Assembly (NCBI GenBank): GCA_907165135.1
Contig: OU015567.1
Coordinates: 6,448,001 to 6,512,000, forward strand
DNA length: 64,000 nt
Direction of reading: 5' to 3'
Source: Oikopleura dioica
Lineage: Eukaryota; Animalia; Chordata
This document shows positions 50,909-64,000 of this stretch, in pieces. The stretch's first letter is position 1, and every line of letters starts with the position of its first letter. The notes beneath the pieces are model-generated. The model had not been told where the DNA came from. It searched no databases and worked only from the letters and a program-made list of their open reading frames with translations. The position numbers and the translations under genes are program-made.

Positions 50909-51243
50909 TCCGACTTTCACTTTTATTTTTACCTCCACTCCTTTTCTGTAAATTTTCCTCACCAACTGGACTTATGTTTTAGCTAAATGTTTATTTTAGA
51001 CGGTCGAATTCGGACCTGGGATCAGTCAGAAAGAAATAATGAAAAATGAAGAATGATAAAATGAAGCGAAACCTACCAAATTGAAACATTTACTATTTAA
51101 ACTGTCCTCTTACAGTTATGATATGAAATAATGAATTATTATAAATACAATTATAAAATGAAGCATGAGCGAATTTAGTTGACACCTAAAGGCCTAATCT
51201 TAGCGCAAGTAATAAAGACTTCCTATACGTTTGAATAACTTAA

Positions 51244-51794
51244 CCGCGTGGGACGAATCCCCGCGTATGAGCGCGGGACGAATTGATCATTTTGATGTCG
51301 TTTAAGCGAAAGCTGCAATAACTCTCAATCGGGTCATCCGATTTTTCTCAAATTTTCAGAGAATACTAATAGCCATATGTTCTATTTCTCTACTTCATTA
51401 AATTTAGCAATTTGAACTGTTTAAAATTTAAATAAGTGTAGGTTCATTCACAAAATTAAAATTATCAATCGTCAAAAATGAATCTTAATTTGACCAAAAA
51501 CTATCTCATAAGAATAAGCGTCATCGAAAACATACTTTTAGATTTCAGAATACCTAAAACGGACAAATTGGTTCGATTTGACAGTAAAAATCTCAGCGGG
51601 CGCTCGAGTAAGCCCACCTTAATCCGCTGTCAGGTGCAACTGGAACGTGATAATGACTCCATATTTGCAAAAAGTGGTCACAAGGGATGAACCAAGATAC
51701 ATTTCAATTTTGAGACTTTTTGGATATGCGGCTTAGAAATAACGGACATCCTTAGTCTTAAACGACATCAAAATGATAAATTCGTCCCACGCGG
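51244..51794. mobile_element. piggyBac-type MITE, 551 bp
   Basis: TTAA at 51240-51243 and 51795-51798. Perfect 15-bp TIR CCGCGTGGGACGAAT. Subterminal IR GGGACGAATT(G/T)ATCATTTTGATGTCGTTTAAG. Confidence 0.85.
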
Positions 51795-51883
51795 TTAAGA
51801 TTGTCTAGATTTCTTATTCAAAATAGTGCGTGAAAAAGAAGCATTCAATAATGCGAGAAATAATTCTTAAGATTCGTGAATGA

Positions 51884-53944
51884 ATGAAAGATGCTCCCCG
51901 TGTGGCCCTCGTGTCGGACTATTTTTACCCGAAGTTCGGCGGCGTTGAATCCCACATTATAGGCCTCGCATCCGGCCTCCTTCGTCTCGGTCTCCATGTT
52001 ATCGTTATCACACATTCGTACGGGCCCGAGTTCTCAGGAAAGCACGAGCTTTTTCTCACGCCTCTAGCAACCGTCAGCGATGTTGAAGACGAAACAACCA
52101 TCACACTGACTGTTTATTACTTGCCAGTTGGAATTGTCGCGCAAAATTGTATGTTTCCTTGTCTTTATCCGACTCTGAGATTCTTTCCGGAAATTTTTGA
52201 GAGGGAAAAAATCAATCTTGTTCATGGGCACTCTTCTATGTCTGCAATGGTTCATGAAGGAATCGGGTTCACTTTCATTTATGCAGATAAGAGGCTTTTT
52301 TTTAATAAAGAGGGATAAAACATACGAATACAGCAACAGAAAAGGCAGGATCTAAGGCTAACCTGATGTAACAGCTTTAGGAAAAGTTCGCCTTCCAATA
52401 AAAAAATTATGATGGATTGAGAAATTAAAAGAAAAGTGAGCTCTTCGAGGATTCGACAGTTTCACACTAAATTATCTGTGGGCCTAGACAAAGAAGCTCA
52501 TTTTTATTTTAGTTTCACATCAATCAACCATTTTATCGAACTGAACTTTTTGCCAAAATTGTTACCTCAGGCTGACCTAAGATACAACCTTAATTATCAT
52601 CTCTCATTAGTCCAAGACAAAAAAATCATTGAAGATTCATCAGAATCACCATATTGTCATCAGCTTAGACTTACAAGTGACCCTCAAGGAAAGCAATTTG
52701 GCACGGAAAGATGCTCGGCTTGTCTACTGTTATCACTGACCACTCGCTAATTGGATTCTGTGACGCAGGAGCCATTGTAACAAATAAATTACTGGAGGGA
52801 ACCCTTTCAGACGAGAGCACCCATGTCATCTGCGTTTCCTACTGCTCGTCAGCGAATACTATCATCCGCTCGAACATTCCGCCACCCCTCGTTCACGTTA
52901 TTCCCAACGGGAAAGGGTTCAAGCGCGGTCTTAAGCTTTTAATAAAGTAACTATTTTGATCCCTTTAAAAGAATCTCAGCCTCATTCAACGCCGCACATT
53001 TCCCCCCACTCACTGACACGAAAACCGTAAGAATTGTCACATGCTGTCGTCTTGAATACCGTCGCGGGATCGACCTCCTTTTGGCAATTATCCCCCGTTT
53101 TTGTGAAGAATTTCCATTTGTCAAATTTGTAATTGCTGGTGATGGACCGTACCGAGTCAGGCTGGAAGAAACGGTCAGAAGACATTATCTGTCCGATCGC
53201 GTCGAGTTAAAGGTAGAAAGATGAACATAGAAGAGGATCTATTGAGGATGAAAATTAAGGGTGTCGTTCCGCATAAGGATCTTCCTGAGTTACTATCGAC
53301 GTGTCATGTTTTCTTGAATACAGCATTGACAGAAGCGTTCTGTATCGCGATCTGCGAGGCTGCTAGAATGGGTCTTTCGATTGTTTCCTCGAATGTTGGC
53401 GGAATTCCGGAAGGATAGTTTTTAAAGCAATTGGTTGTTTGGGATATAAAAAAATAGCATTCGAAAACCTAAAAAAGTGTTGCCAAGGGACTTGGTTCGC
53501 CTGTCAAATCCTTCTCCAAAAGAGCTCTACGCATCGCTAACCGAAGCGGTCACCAATATACGCGAAGGACAAGGCCCGTCGAGAAAATATATCTCCGAGA
53601 AAGCCCTGACAAAATATAATTGGAGCGATGTTTGCACACGAACAGTAGAAATATACAGGTACAAAGTTCATAAACTTCTGCAATAATCTATCCTCTTTTG
53701 TAGGAAATCCCTTGGAGAACGAAAACGGACCTTTGAAGAGCGACTTTTCAAGTTTCGAAAGGTCGAATTTGCCGGCTATTTCTACCAAGGAGTTCTTGTC
53801 GTTCATCGGTCACTGTTTTACATGCGCAATGAAATGCAAATCAACAGATTTCATGTCTATTTCTTTCTCTCTTTCCTGATGCCATCTTTCTTTTTGTATC
53901 ATATTGTATATGCCTTTCTCCGCCAATATCTTTCTGTAGCCTAG
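51884..53944 (+). CDS. PIGA: Phosphatidylinositol N-acetylglucosaminyltransferase subunit A
   Basis: VSDYFYPKFGGVESHI; HGHSSMSAM; TDHSLIGF; VIPNG; RLEYRRGIDLL; IAGDGP; FLNTALTEAFCIAICEAA; VGGIPE|VLP; C-terminal TM. Confidence 0.93.
52350..52583. mobile_element. Degenerate MITE-like inverted repeat in PIGA intron 1
   Basis: ATCTAAGGCTAACCTGATGTAACAGCTTTAGGAAAAGTTC (52350-52389) versus reverse complement of 52543-52583, ATCTTAGGTCAGCCTGAGGTAACAATTTTGGCAAAAAGTTC. Confidence 0.5.
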
Positions 53945-54090
53945 CCTTTATTAATTTTCATCTTTCAATTAGCCCAATTTCGAGATTATTTTTACTTCAA
54001 AATAACACTTCTTTTCTGCCTTATACTTCAATTACTTTCCAAATTTGAAATTATCAGTTTTACATGATTGATTTTAAAATTTAAGAGATA

Positions 54091-55641
<1,551 letters not shown>

Positions 55642-55882
55642 AATTGAGAGTCAAAGAATCTCATGCTTTGAGCCCATCTTTCTGCCCAATTTTAATTGTC
55701 TGCACTTTCAGTATTCAAAATATCCTTTTAACATTTTTCATCTGTGCAATTTACAATTTATTAATATTTCCATGTCTGTTTATTATTCATCCCTTGACCC
55801 AGTAAAAAATCAGGAAAATATCGTTTTGTGAACTCATTAAAATGGTTCAGATTAAAAAAAAAGGTGGTTGAAATTGTGAGAG

Positions 55883-56883
55883 ATGAAAAAGGATAAAACA
55901 ACAGGTCGCGGTTTTTTCATCAAAATCATTAAATCCAAACTTGATTGACAGTAAACACAGTAAGGTCGTTTGTTGAACTGTAATAAGACAAGAAGGTTTT
56001 TGCGGTAGAAGTCAAGGAGAAAGAATTTCTTCAGAGGAAGAAAACAGTGCTTGGGAAGGCGGATCTATCCCGTAAGGAAGCGGATTCGAGGCTTAAAAAA
56101 GGGTTGTTTTGGGAGAAAATTAATTGAATCCTCAATGCAGGGAGTATTGATGAAGCGATGATTCCACTGGTGGAATACTTAAATTCAAAAGATGAGACGT
56201 TTACGACGAGTTGTTGTTCGGGAAGAGTCAGTATAGGAACCAGGCTCCAAATAAGCATCCAAAGATAAAACATGATGATCTATCTATAATTTTTGAAGGT
56301 GTATGTACTGTAATTTTCTTCCAGAGCCAAAATTAGTCAGTCAGGCAGGCTTCACGGATACAGTAAAAGAAGGATGTCCGTGGATTTTCATGAGCCACGA
56401 AATCATTGTTGACGTGGATAATGTCATCAATATCGTTAGCAAGGGAATCGATGAAAACGAGGAGAATCAAGTCATTATCATCAAATTTGAAGGAGCCATT
56501 GCCCACTTTATCGTTAGAACGCTCTCATTAGGTATGCAAAAATATCCAAATCTGCCGGCAGTTTTCGCTTGTTTAGGGAAGAAGCTGCTTGACGCAGTGA
56601 GATTTGTGGGCTTTCGGGATTCGGGCTTGGCTATCGGCGCCAACGGAAAATTCACAGTGCAAATCAGGTCGTTTCATTAAATTAAATTCGCAAGATGAAA
56701 TAAGGTAATTTAAGAGGCTCCAATTCGCTCGAAGTCCCAATTTCCCGCGGTAAAGATAAATTAGTAACGGATGAGTATTTGCGCTTTCTACTCAACGCGT
56801 GTAATGAGAAGATGGAAAAGAATTTCAAAATGATCGAGAGACTGCATAAAGCTATTGAAGCCGTTCTAGAGGCTGAAGGCTGA
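55883..56883 (+). CDS. TYW3: tRNA wybutosine-synthesizing protein 3
   Basis: KADLSR..SIDE; FTTSCCSGR; CPWIFMSHE; IKFEGAIAHF; GFRDSG; VQIRGSNSLEVP; LVTDEYLRFLLNACNEKMEKN. Confidence 0.88.
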
Positions 56884-56914
56884 AATACCACTACTTTATC
56901 CTTTCATTTTTAGA

Positions 56915-59394
56915 ATGTCTGTTGAAGATGATGATTGGGCTACTGCAGTCGACATTCAAGAAGGACTGACTAAAGTCGAAATACAACCGACAAAACCAGC
57001 GAGCACCGGGAAGAATAGTGAACAAGATGAATTTACTACAGTAAGTTTTCCGATTTCCTGGCTTCTCTACTGATTTAATTCAAGTCGTACGGTGATGAGC
57101 AAACCCCAACGCAAGGCGATCAAAGCTTTTTACGGAAAGTACTGCGTCAAAAACTAGTCACAACTCAGAGCGAGCTAGAAGTACAACAGCGCGATCCAAA
57201 CTCACCTCTATACTCAGTCCGTAGCTTCGAAGAGCTCAATCTCCGCCCTGAACTTTTAAAAGGTTTTTTCGTCTTTCAATGTTGGTTTATTGACTTATCG
57301 AACGTTCAGGAATCTATCAAATGGGGTTCAATAGACCTTCGAAGATTCAGGAAACCGCGCTGCCGATGCTTGTCTCGCAACAGCCGCAAAATCTGATTGC
57401 TCAAAGCCAATCGGGGACGGGCAAGACAGCAGCGTTCGTTCTTACTATGCTGTCGCGAATTGACACGAGGGATGATACGCCTCAGTGTTTGTGTTTGAGC
57501 CCTACATTTGAGGTTTGCAAAGTTGAAAATTTCAAAGAAAATTTCTAGAACAAAATTGTTTATTTTTAAAATTTAATAAATTTTAAGTTTTCGTTTTGTT
57601 TTAGTTGTAGCTGTGAAGAAATTAAAAAAAACGATCCTTTTAGTAAACAATTTGTTCTAGAAACTTTTCTTTATATTTAAAATTTAAACTGATGTTCGTA
57701 CAGTGAAAACTCGAAAATTGGCCGGTTTTCAGCTCCAAATTTCCGAAAAAAGCGGCCAAATTTTGAGTTTTTTGCCGGGTAGCCAAGCTTCCTCTTCAAA
57801 AAAGCAAAGTTTCGAAATTTTCGAATATGGGCATGATTTTCACGTTTTTGATGAATTTTATTCAATTTTTTTGCTTGTTCTAAGTCATTTTTATCAAAAT
57901 AAAGTTATTTTAGATGATTTAAACGCTTCAAAATAGCTTAAAATGGTCAGAAATACCATAATTTGGGTCTATTTTGATGCAAATTTTTTTATTTTTGAAA
58001 AAGCGGCCAATTTTTGAGTCTTTTTCAGATTCAAAATTCAGCCAATTTCGATCAAAACCGGCCAAATTTAGAGTAGGCAAATTTTGAGTTTTCACTGTAT
58101 TAGTATTTCATAGATTCATGATATGTTTAGCTCGCTCTTCAAACCGGAAAAGTAGTAGAAGCGATGGGTGCCGCCATGCCCGACTTGAAAATTTGTTATG
58201 CTCTGAAAGGAATCCGCCTGGGACGGGGAGAAAAGGCACGGGGACAGATTGTAATTGGAACGCCGGGAACAACAATGGATTGGACTGTGAAACATAAATC
58301 CATCGACCCAAGCACTATCAAAGTAAATTTCAACTACACTTGGACATCATTGTTTCATTTTGTAGGTTTTTGTTCTGGATGAAGCAGATGTCATGATTGA
58401 CACGCAAGGCCACAAGGATCAGACTATTAGAATTCACAAAACGCTCGACAAAGAAAAGTGCCAGTTTCTCTTCTTTTCCGCGACTTATGACGATGAGGTA
58501 TAAAAACGCATTCATTCCTGGAAATTATGGCATTATCTAGGTCATGAGATTTGCTGAGAAGATTGTTCCACATGCAAATATCATCCAACTGAAGAGGGAA
58601 GAAGAAACTCTTACGAATATCAAGCAATATCAGGTAGATCTACTGTCAATTCTGTTTGTAAAAGTGCATTTTAGGTTCATTGCAGAGATATGGATCAAAA
58701 ATACGATGCTCTTGCGAATATTTATGCCACACTTTCAGTCGGTCAGGTGAGTTATTTATTCAGACGTTTATCGTCCTTACTAATTTATCTCCAAAAGGCT
58801 GTTATATTCTGTCACACGAGAAATACGGCAAAATGGCTCGCCGAGAAGATGCACTCAGATGGCTACATCGTTGCTCTCCTCAGCGGCGAACTTGACGTTT
58901 CCAGTCGAGCTAAGATTCTAAAAAGGTAGACCTCGTGGTTTCTGAGTGAAAACAGTCTTGTCGAATTATCGTTGTTAAAAGTTAATAATTTAATAGATTC
59001 CGAGAAGGCAAAGAGCGTGTTTTGGTGACGACTAATGTCTGCGCCAGAGGAATAGACGTCGAGCAAGTCACATTAGTTGTCAACTTTGATCTCCCCATGA
59101 CGAAGGTTACGCCGGTTGTTTTCGAATTTTTATGTAATGAGCAATAATGTAGGATCGCCACGCCGACTTTGAAACATACATTCATCGAATAGGACGAACT
59201 GGAAGATTTGGAAAGTCTGGCGTCGCCATCAATTTTGTCTCTGATCGCCATGACGAGAAAATTATCAACAAGGTATGAAATAAAGCTCAAAGCCAATTCT
59301 ATTTAAATAGATCGGGGACCACTTTTGCTGTTCGATCCCAGTCCTGGACGCGGGCGATTACGATGACTTGGAGGACAAACTAGCGGAAAAATGA
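56915..59394 (+). CDS. DDX19: DEAD-box helicase DDX19/DBP5 (DDX19/25 family)
   Basis: [15 protein letters not shown]; [15 protein letters not shown]; [10 protein letters not shown]; IGTPGT; LDEADVMI; FSAT; [12 protein letters not shown]; [12 protein letters not shown]. Confidence 0.93.
57701..58097. mobile_element. Tc1/mariner-type MITE (397 bp) in a DDX19 intron
   Basis: TA|CAGTGAAAACTCGAAAATTGGCC...GGCAAAATTTTGAGTTTTCACTG|TA. TA TSD at 57699-57700 and 58098-58099. Internal repeats AAAAGCGGCCAA(A/T)TTTTGAGT. Confidence 0.85.
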
Positions 59395-59657
59395 AAATAA
59401 TGACGAATCGACGCATGTTACTTGTACTACATCTGTATCTCTGCTGCGTGCTTCAACACAGAAGTTCATTCATTTTGAAAATTTTGAAAACAGAAAACTG
59501 AAAATACTGCCATCAAAAAGCTGCGGGCCCTAATCATTAATTAAAAATTACCGCAATCATCAATTTCAATCATCGACAACTGTTACAGTGATGATTAGGA
59601 CTAAAAGTTCAAAATACAATACAAATACTGCTCCTTCTGAAAATGAATGCTTGTAGA

Positions 59658-60915
59658 ATGAACTATCACGTGAGCATAGTTCATGGGGGCTCTTTCGAAA
59701 ACGTAGAAGCTCCGCTGTCAATCAATGCTACATCTCACCAAGGAATCATTCAAGCGCTCGAAGAAATTGCAGGTTCTAGCGCTTCAGCCTATTGATTCTT
59801 TCATAATAATTTCCAGGGCTAAAAAACATCAAAATCTCCCACCGTGGTCGAACGTTAAAGCCTACTGATCGTCTCCCTCCAGATGGAGCGCGAATTTTCG
59901 TTTCAGGAGAATCTTTACCGGCAGAAAAAATGGAGGTCGAATTCCCAACTGTAACACCAGAGCAAATGAACGAAGCAAAGAACATCATCAAAACTTACGG
60001 CAGCTCAAGAAACCCAATCAGACACGATTTTAACACGCTAGCAAGTGAAATGATGAGAAGTGTTTACAAAAACTACCCAAAATTAGCGAGAAAAGATCCG
60101 ATCGGTGCAAAGATATGCGTATCCGCAGGTTTCTAGCGCCATTTGAAGCCCTTTTTATGAATGGAATTTAGGACAAGCTGATGGTGCACTTTTCATCGAT
60201 TGCCTGAACAAAGAACTGTACAAAAAACACCCTCTCATCCAGCATGTTTTGATGGACATCGCTAAGAAGACCAAAGAGTCATCCGCTACTTTTGCAAGAA
60301 ATATCGGAATCGACCCGGCCATCCGTAAGCCCATCCTAATCTTCAGTCGCCATTCGAACATTTCTAGTGCCTCAAATCCTTGCAGCTTCTGCCCCAGCTC
60401 ATCTCCGCGCCCAGATGCGTGCCCAACAGCAAGCTAACGCCGCGCATGCGAGAGCCCGTGTAGCTAGGGATGCTCGATTGAAAATTTTGAACCTCGCCAG
60501 AATTAAGTCTCGGCTAAACATCAATACACATCCCCCTTTGAAGCGGCCTCGGCAAATATCACTCAAGATATGCTCACTCAAGCTATCGCTAGTGCTGTTT
60601 CAAACCCATTGCCTCCTCCTCCTCCAAACCCTTCTAATGCTCCTTCTACTTCTTCCAGCAATCCGCCTATTCCAGGGACGGAAAACCTTCAAAATATTCT
60701 AAGCCACCAAGTTCAAGCAATGAACAAAAGAATCGAAGACGGAATGGCCCAGATGAGGTTAAACCCTCTTTTTTCACGGTTCTTTACTTACAGTTATTTA
60801 CAGGGAAATGGGAATAATGCAACAAACAACAGAAGAAGTAGCTCGAGCATTTCTGATGCGATCTGGTGGAAATGTTGAACGGGCCGTTCAACTCATTTTT
60901 GAAACGATGCAATAA
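59658..60915 (+). CDS. UBL-UBA protein, UBL7-like
   Basis: Ubiquitin-like N-terminus (KISHRGRTLKPTD); ITQDMLTQAIASAV; C-terminal UBA EMGIM...AFLMRSGGNVERAVQLIF. Confidence 0.65.
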
Positions 60916-61096
60916 AGATAACAAAGCTAGAATTTTTCAATAGGTTTTTGGTGATCCTTCTTATTGACATGTAAAATTGTTGCCCAGGAAATTGCTTTCG
61001 CTCTTCTGAAAATCACTAATCTAATCAGGAAACTCACCATCTATTATATTAATATACTCTTTTGAATCAACGCTTGATCATTCTTCTTTTGCTAGA

Positions 61097-62835
61097 ATGG
61101 CTCATTTTGTCTGTGGAATCGGCGGTGCCCCTTGCGGAGATCCCTGGGTAACTCCATCCGGCGGCGTTTATGAAAAGAAGAACATCGACCGGTGGATAAG
61201 CGAGCATGGAACTGATCCGCAAACAGAACGAGCGCTCAGCAAAGAAGATTTGATCAAAATGATCCAAGCACCTGGTGTTCGTCCGCAACCTCCACAGTCC
61301 ATGTCTGTCAGCTCGATTATCAAATCAATCCGAGACGAGTACGACGCAATCGTCCTCGCCAACGCGAAAATGATCAAAGACAACCACGCGAATAAAGACC
61401 AACTTCGAGATCGACTGTACAATCAAGACGCGGCCGTGAGAGTGATTGTGCGACTCACTCAGAAGCTCAACAATCTTCGTCTTGAACTACAAGAAGCAGA
61501 AAAAGAAGAACAAGCGAAAATCGAAGCAGCTGGCGAAGCGATGGAAGCGGAAGAAGTGGCAGAAGACGACCTTCATTTGGAGAAGGTGATGCAGCGACTC
61601 AAGGAAGAAGGAGAAAAGCTTTCCTCGGCGAGAAAGAAGCGAGGAAAGAAACCGCCCGCTGAACTTGTCGATACTGGAACGCTTTCGAACTACGTCGTTC
61701 AGACAAATTATCCTGGTCTCCATTCCGCCTCTGTTCCTGGTAAAAAAGGTCGTTAGTTACTAGTTTTTTATTCTTATTAGGAATCACATGTCTGGATGTG
61801 CATCGGCAAAGCGGTATCATTGCGACAGGTGGAAAGGATAAATCAGTTGTGTTATTCAACCGCCAACACGAGGAAATCATCGCTCAGTGCAAAGGTTTTA
61901 TTTAAGCTTCTTTTTCATTAGTTACAATTAAATTTCAGGTCATACAAAAGCAGTTACGTCCGTTGCTCTGCATCAGCATGGCCCGATCGCCGTTTCTGGA
62001 TCGAATGATAGTACGATTAGAGTTTGGAACTACGAGGATGAAGAAAAGGTACCTTCTTATTGATTTCATTCGCTGATCTTTAGGTTCGTTCATCAAAACT
62101 CAAAATTCACAACGATGCGGTCACCTCTCTTTCCCTCCACCCGACCCAAGATTTTATCCTCTCCTCGAGCAACGACAAGTCGTGGGCATTCACCGACATC
62201 TTCGCTGAGCGAGAAATTGTCCGGGTTTTCGATGAGGATCGCGTTTCTTGCGCCCAGTTCCATCCTGACGGTCTCATTCTTGGAACTGGAACGAGCAGAG
62301 CCGAAGTTAAGATTTGGGATTTGAAGTCGTCGTCGAATGTAAGTCTTTTTTCATCGTGAAGATTAATGTGATAAATCTTAAAGACTGAGAATGCCAAGCC
62401 CGCTGCTTCGCCGTTCAAGGGCCACTCTGGACCAGTCGAAACGATGTGCTTCTCAGAAAATGGTTATCACCTGGCCACGGCGTCTCGGGATAATGAAGTT
62501 CGCATTTGGGACTTGAGAAAGCTCAAGCTCTTGAAGACGATTACCTTGTCCGACTCTTTCAAAGTCAGCCACGTCACTTTCGACCAGTCGGGAACTTACT
62601 TGTCCGTTGCTGGCGGAGATGTGCGCGTTTTCAAGGTCAAAGAATGGAACGAGGTAAATGTCGCTTTTCATTCCATTTGATTCAAATCCGCTAGATTTGC
62701 CGATACACTGCGCATACGGACGATGTCACAAGCAGCTCCTGGGGCGCTCTTGCTACAGAGCTCGTGACTTGCTCTCTTGACAGAACTGTCAAGGTCTTCT
62801 CCCTCGAAGATAACCAGGGATCGAAATTCGCTTGA
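61097..62835 (+). CDS. PRPF19: Pre-mRNA processing factor 19 (U-box, coiled coil, WD40)
   Basis: U-box GGVYEKKNIDRWISEHGTDP; SIRDEYDAIVL; LYNQDAAVRVI; WD40s FHPDGLILGTG, FSENGYHLATAS, FDQSGTYL. Confidence 0.93.
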
Positions 62836-63155
62836 AACTCTGAATTCTGAATCTAGGAAAATTTCATCCTGCCATTGAACGTAAATATCCTTAATTACTG
62901 TCAATCCAAATGAAGTCAGAATTTCGGACGTTTTCAGAAATTTTGCGATGCTCTCAAATTTTGATGCAGGAAGCAGATCAAGATCAGATTTTTTCTTTTC
63001 ATTTTTTATTAGGAGATTTTTTGGCAGTTTGCAGCTTATGGAGTCTTTGAGAAGATTTAAGTTGAAATTGAATAAATTTACAGCTAAAGTTGAGAGAAGT
63101 GTTTTTGAAAGTGATGACTTGATTGATTGCTTTGATGGATTCGTTTCAGTGGAGT

Positions 63156-64000
63156 TTACTTGAATTGTTTTCCAAAGAAGAGAGAAGGATGAATGGCGAC
63201 TTTGTTTGTTCGCATGTAGTGATCGTAAGCCATGGCAGCTTGGAAGTCTCGGACCATCTGGTTATGGGCTGCGGTCATGTTCACCATTGTCGTTTGGTAT
63301 CGGGTGACCATCTGCTGGAGCATTCCTGAAAAATGACTATTAGAATCTCTTATAAAACATGAACATAATCAAAACGAGAATAGAACTTACGGATTTCTTG
63401 CATCTGGCTATCTTGGAAGCCCTTTCGAATGTCGTCCTCGTTGAATGTCGCGCCTTCTCGATCCTCTTCCTTGATGTCTTTCTCCTTCAACGGAGGAAGC
63501 ATTGTATCGCAGTCAGCTGGAGAGTCTGGCAGCTTCTCGACGTCGATGATTTCGTCGGTCTTTTCGGCCTAAAATTGTGAATTAAATTTTGATAAAAAGT
63601 TGTTTGAATTATGATTAGTAATAAAAATTACCTTGAGCGGATTTTCTTCATTGAATTTTTGGACGAAAGAAGCCACGATTTTCTTCTTTTCTGGAGCCGG
63701 GAAGGGTTTCTTTGGAACGCTGGTCGACGATTTACACGAAGCAGATGGCTCTGGCGATGAGATGAAACTTTCGTCGATCACCAAAGTGCCTGGCGAAGTG
63801 GGAGATCGTGGAGGAATGGCGGAGGGTGACGGTGCTGGGAGCTCGGAAGCGCTGAAACTTGATGTTGAGAACCGAAAATATGGAAAGAAGTCTTACCTTT
63901 GCTCGTTGATTGCGGGTAACGCAGAGACACCAATTTGTCGTCTGAGCTGAGGGCGACTTTGCACAGTGACTTGAGGCAAGGCAAGCTGCGGCTTCCAGAC
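63156..64000 (-). CDS. 3' part of an uncharacterised gene (runs off the window)
   Basis: GT-AG-joined exons: Pro/Ser-rich SASELPAPSPSAIPPRSP..., AEKTDEIIDVEKLPDSP..., final exon MLQQMVTRYQTTM...FFGKQFK*. Confidence 0.6.

Overview
Compact eukaryotic (animal) DNA with chordate-like proteins. Most introns are about 40-60 nt, genes sit in dense co-oriented clusters, and many start codons lie directly behind a pyrimidine-rich AG acceptor (often AG|AATG). At least one intron is a GA-AG type. Together these point, by inference, to the appendicularian tunicate Oikopleura, which has SL trans-splicing and operons. I read about 28 protein-coding loci in three probable operons: minus-strand smallORF-SMARCB1-BRD8-SR protein-ADCK1-USP; plus-strand TTC5-membrane protein-REEP-TDRD9-selenoprotein; plus-strand PIGA-TRAPPC3-TYW3-DDX19-UBL7-PRPF19. 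Other genes include a nectin-like Ig protein, KIF4, a nearly intron-free muscle myosin heavy chain, CtBP, a 2OG-Fe(II) dioxygenase and nucleolin. Two features stand out. (1) A hidden selenoprotein missed by the ORF track: an Rdx/SelW2/MIEN1-type CxxU protein with an in-frame TGA at 48264, a SECIS-like element at 48803-48850 and an unusual C-terminal transmembrane tail. (2) A 1.3-kb hAT-type non-autonomous element with a perfect 8-bp target-site duplication (TSD) that carries an array of identical 56-bp hairpin units with GNA triloops; similar triloop hairpins recur in a different MITE. piggyBac-type and Tc1/mariner-type MITEs are also present. I recognised no tRNA, rRNA, SL RNA or CRISPR array. 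All gene names are from recalled sequence similarity, not from database searches. Multi-exon coordinates are outer CDS bounds from manual splicing.
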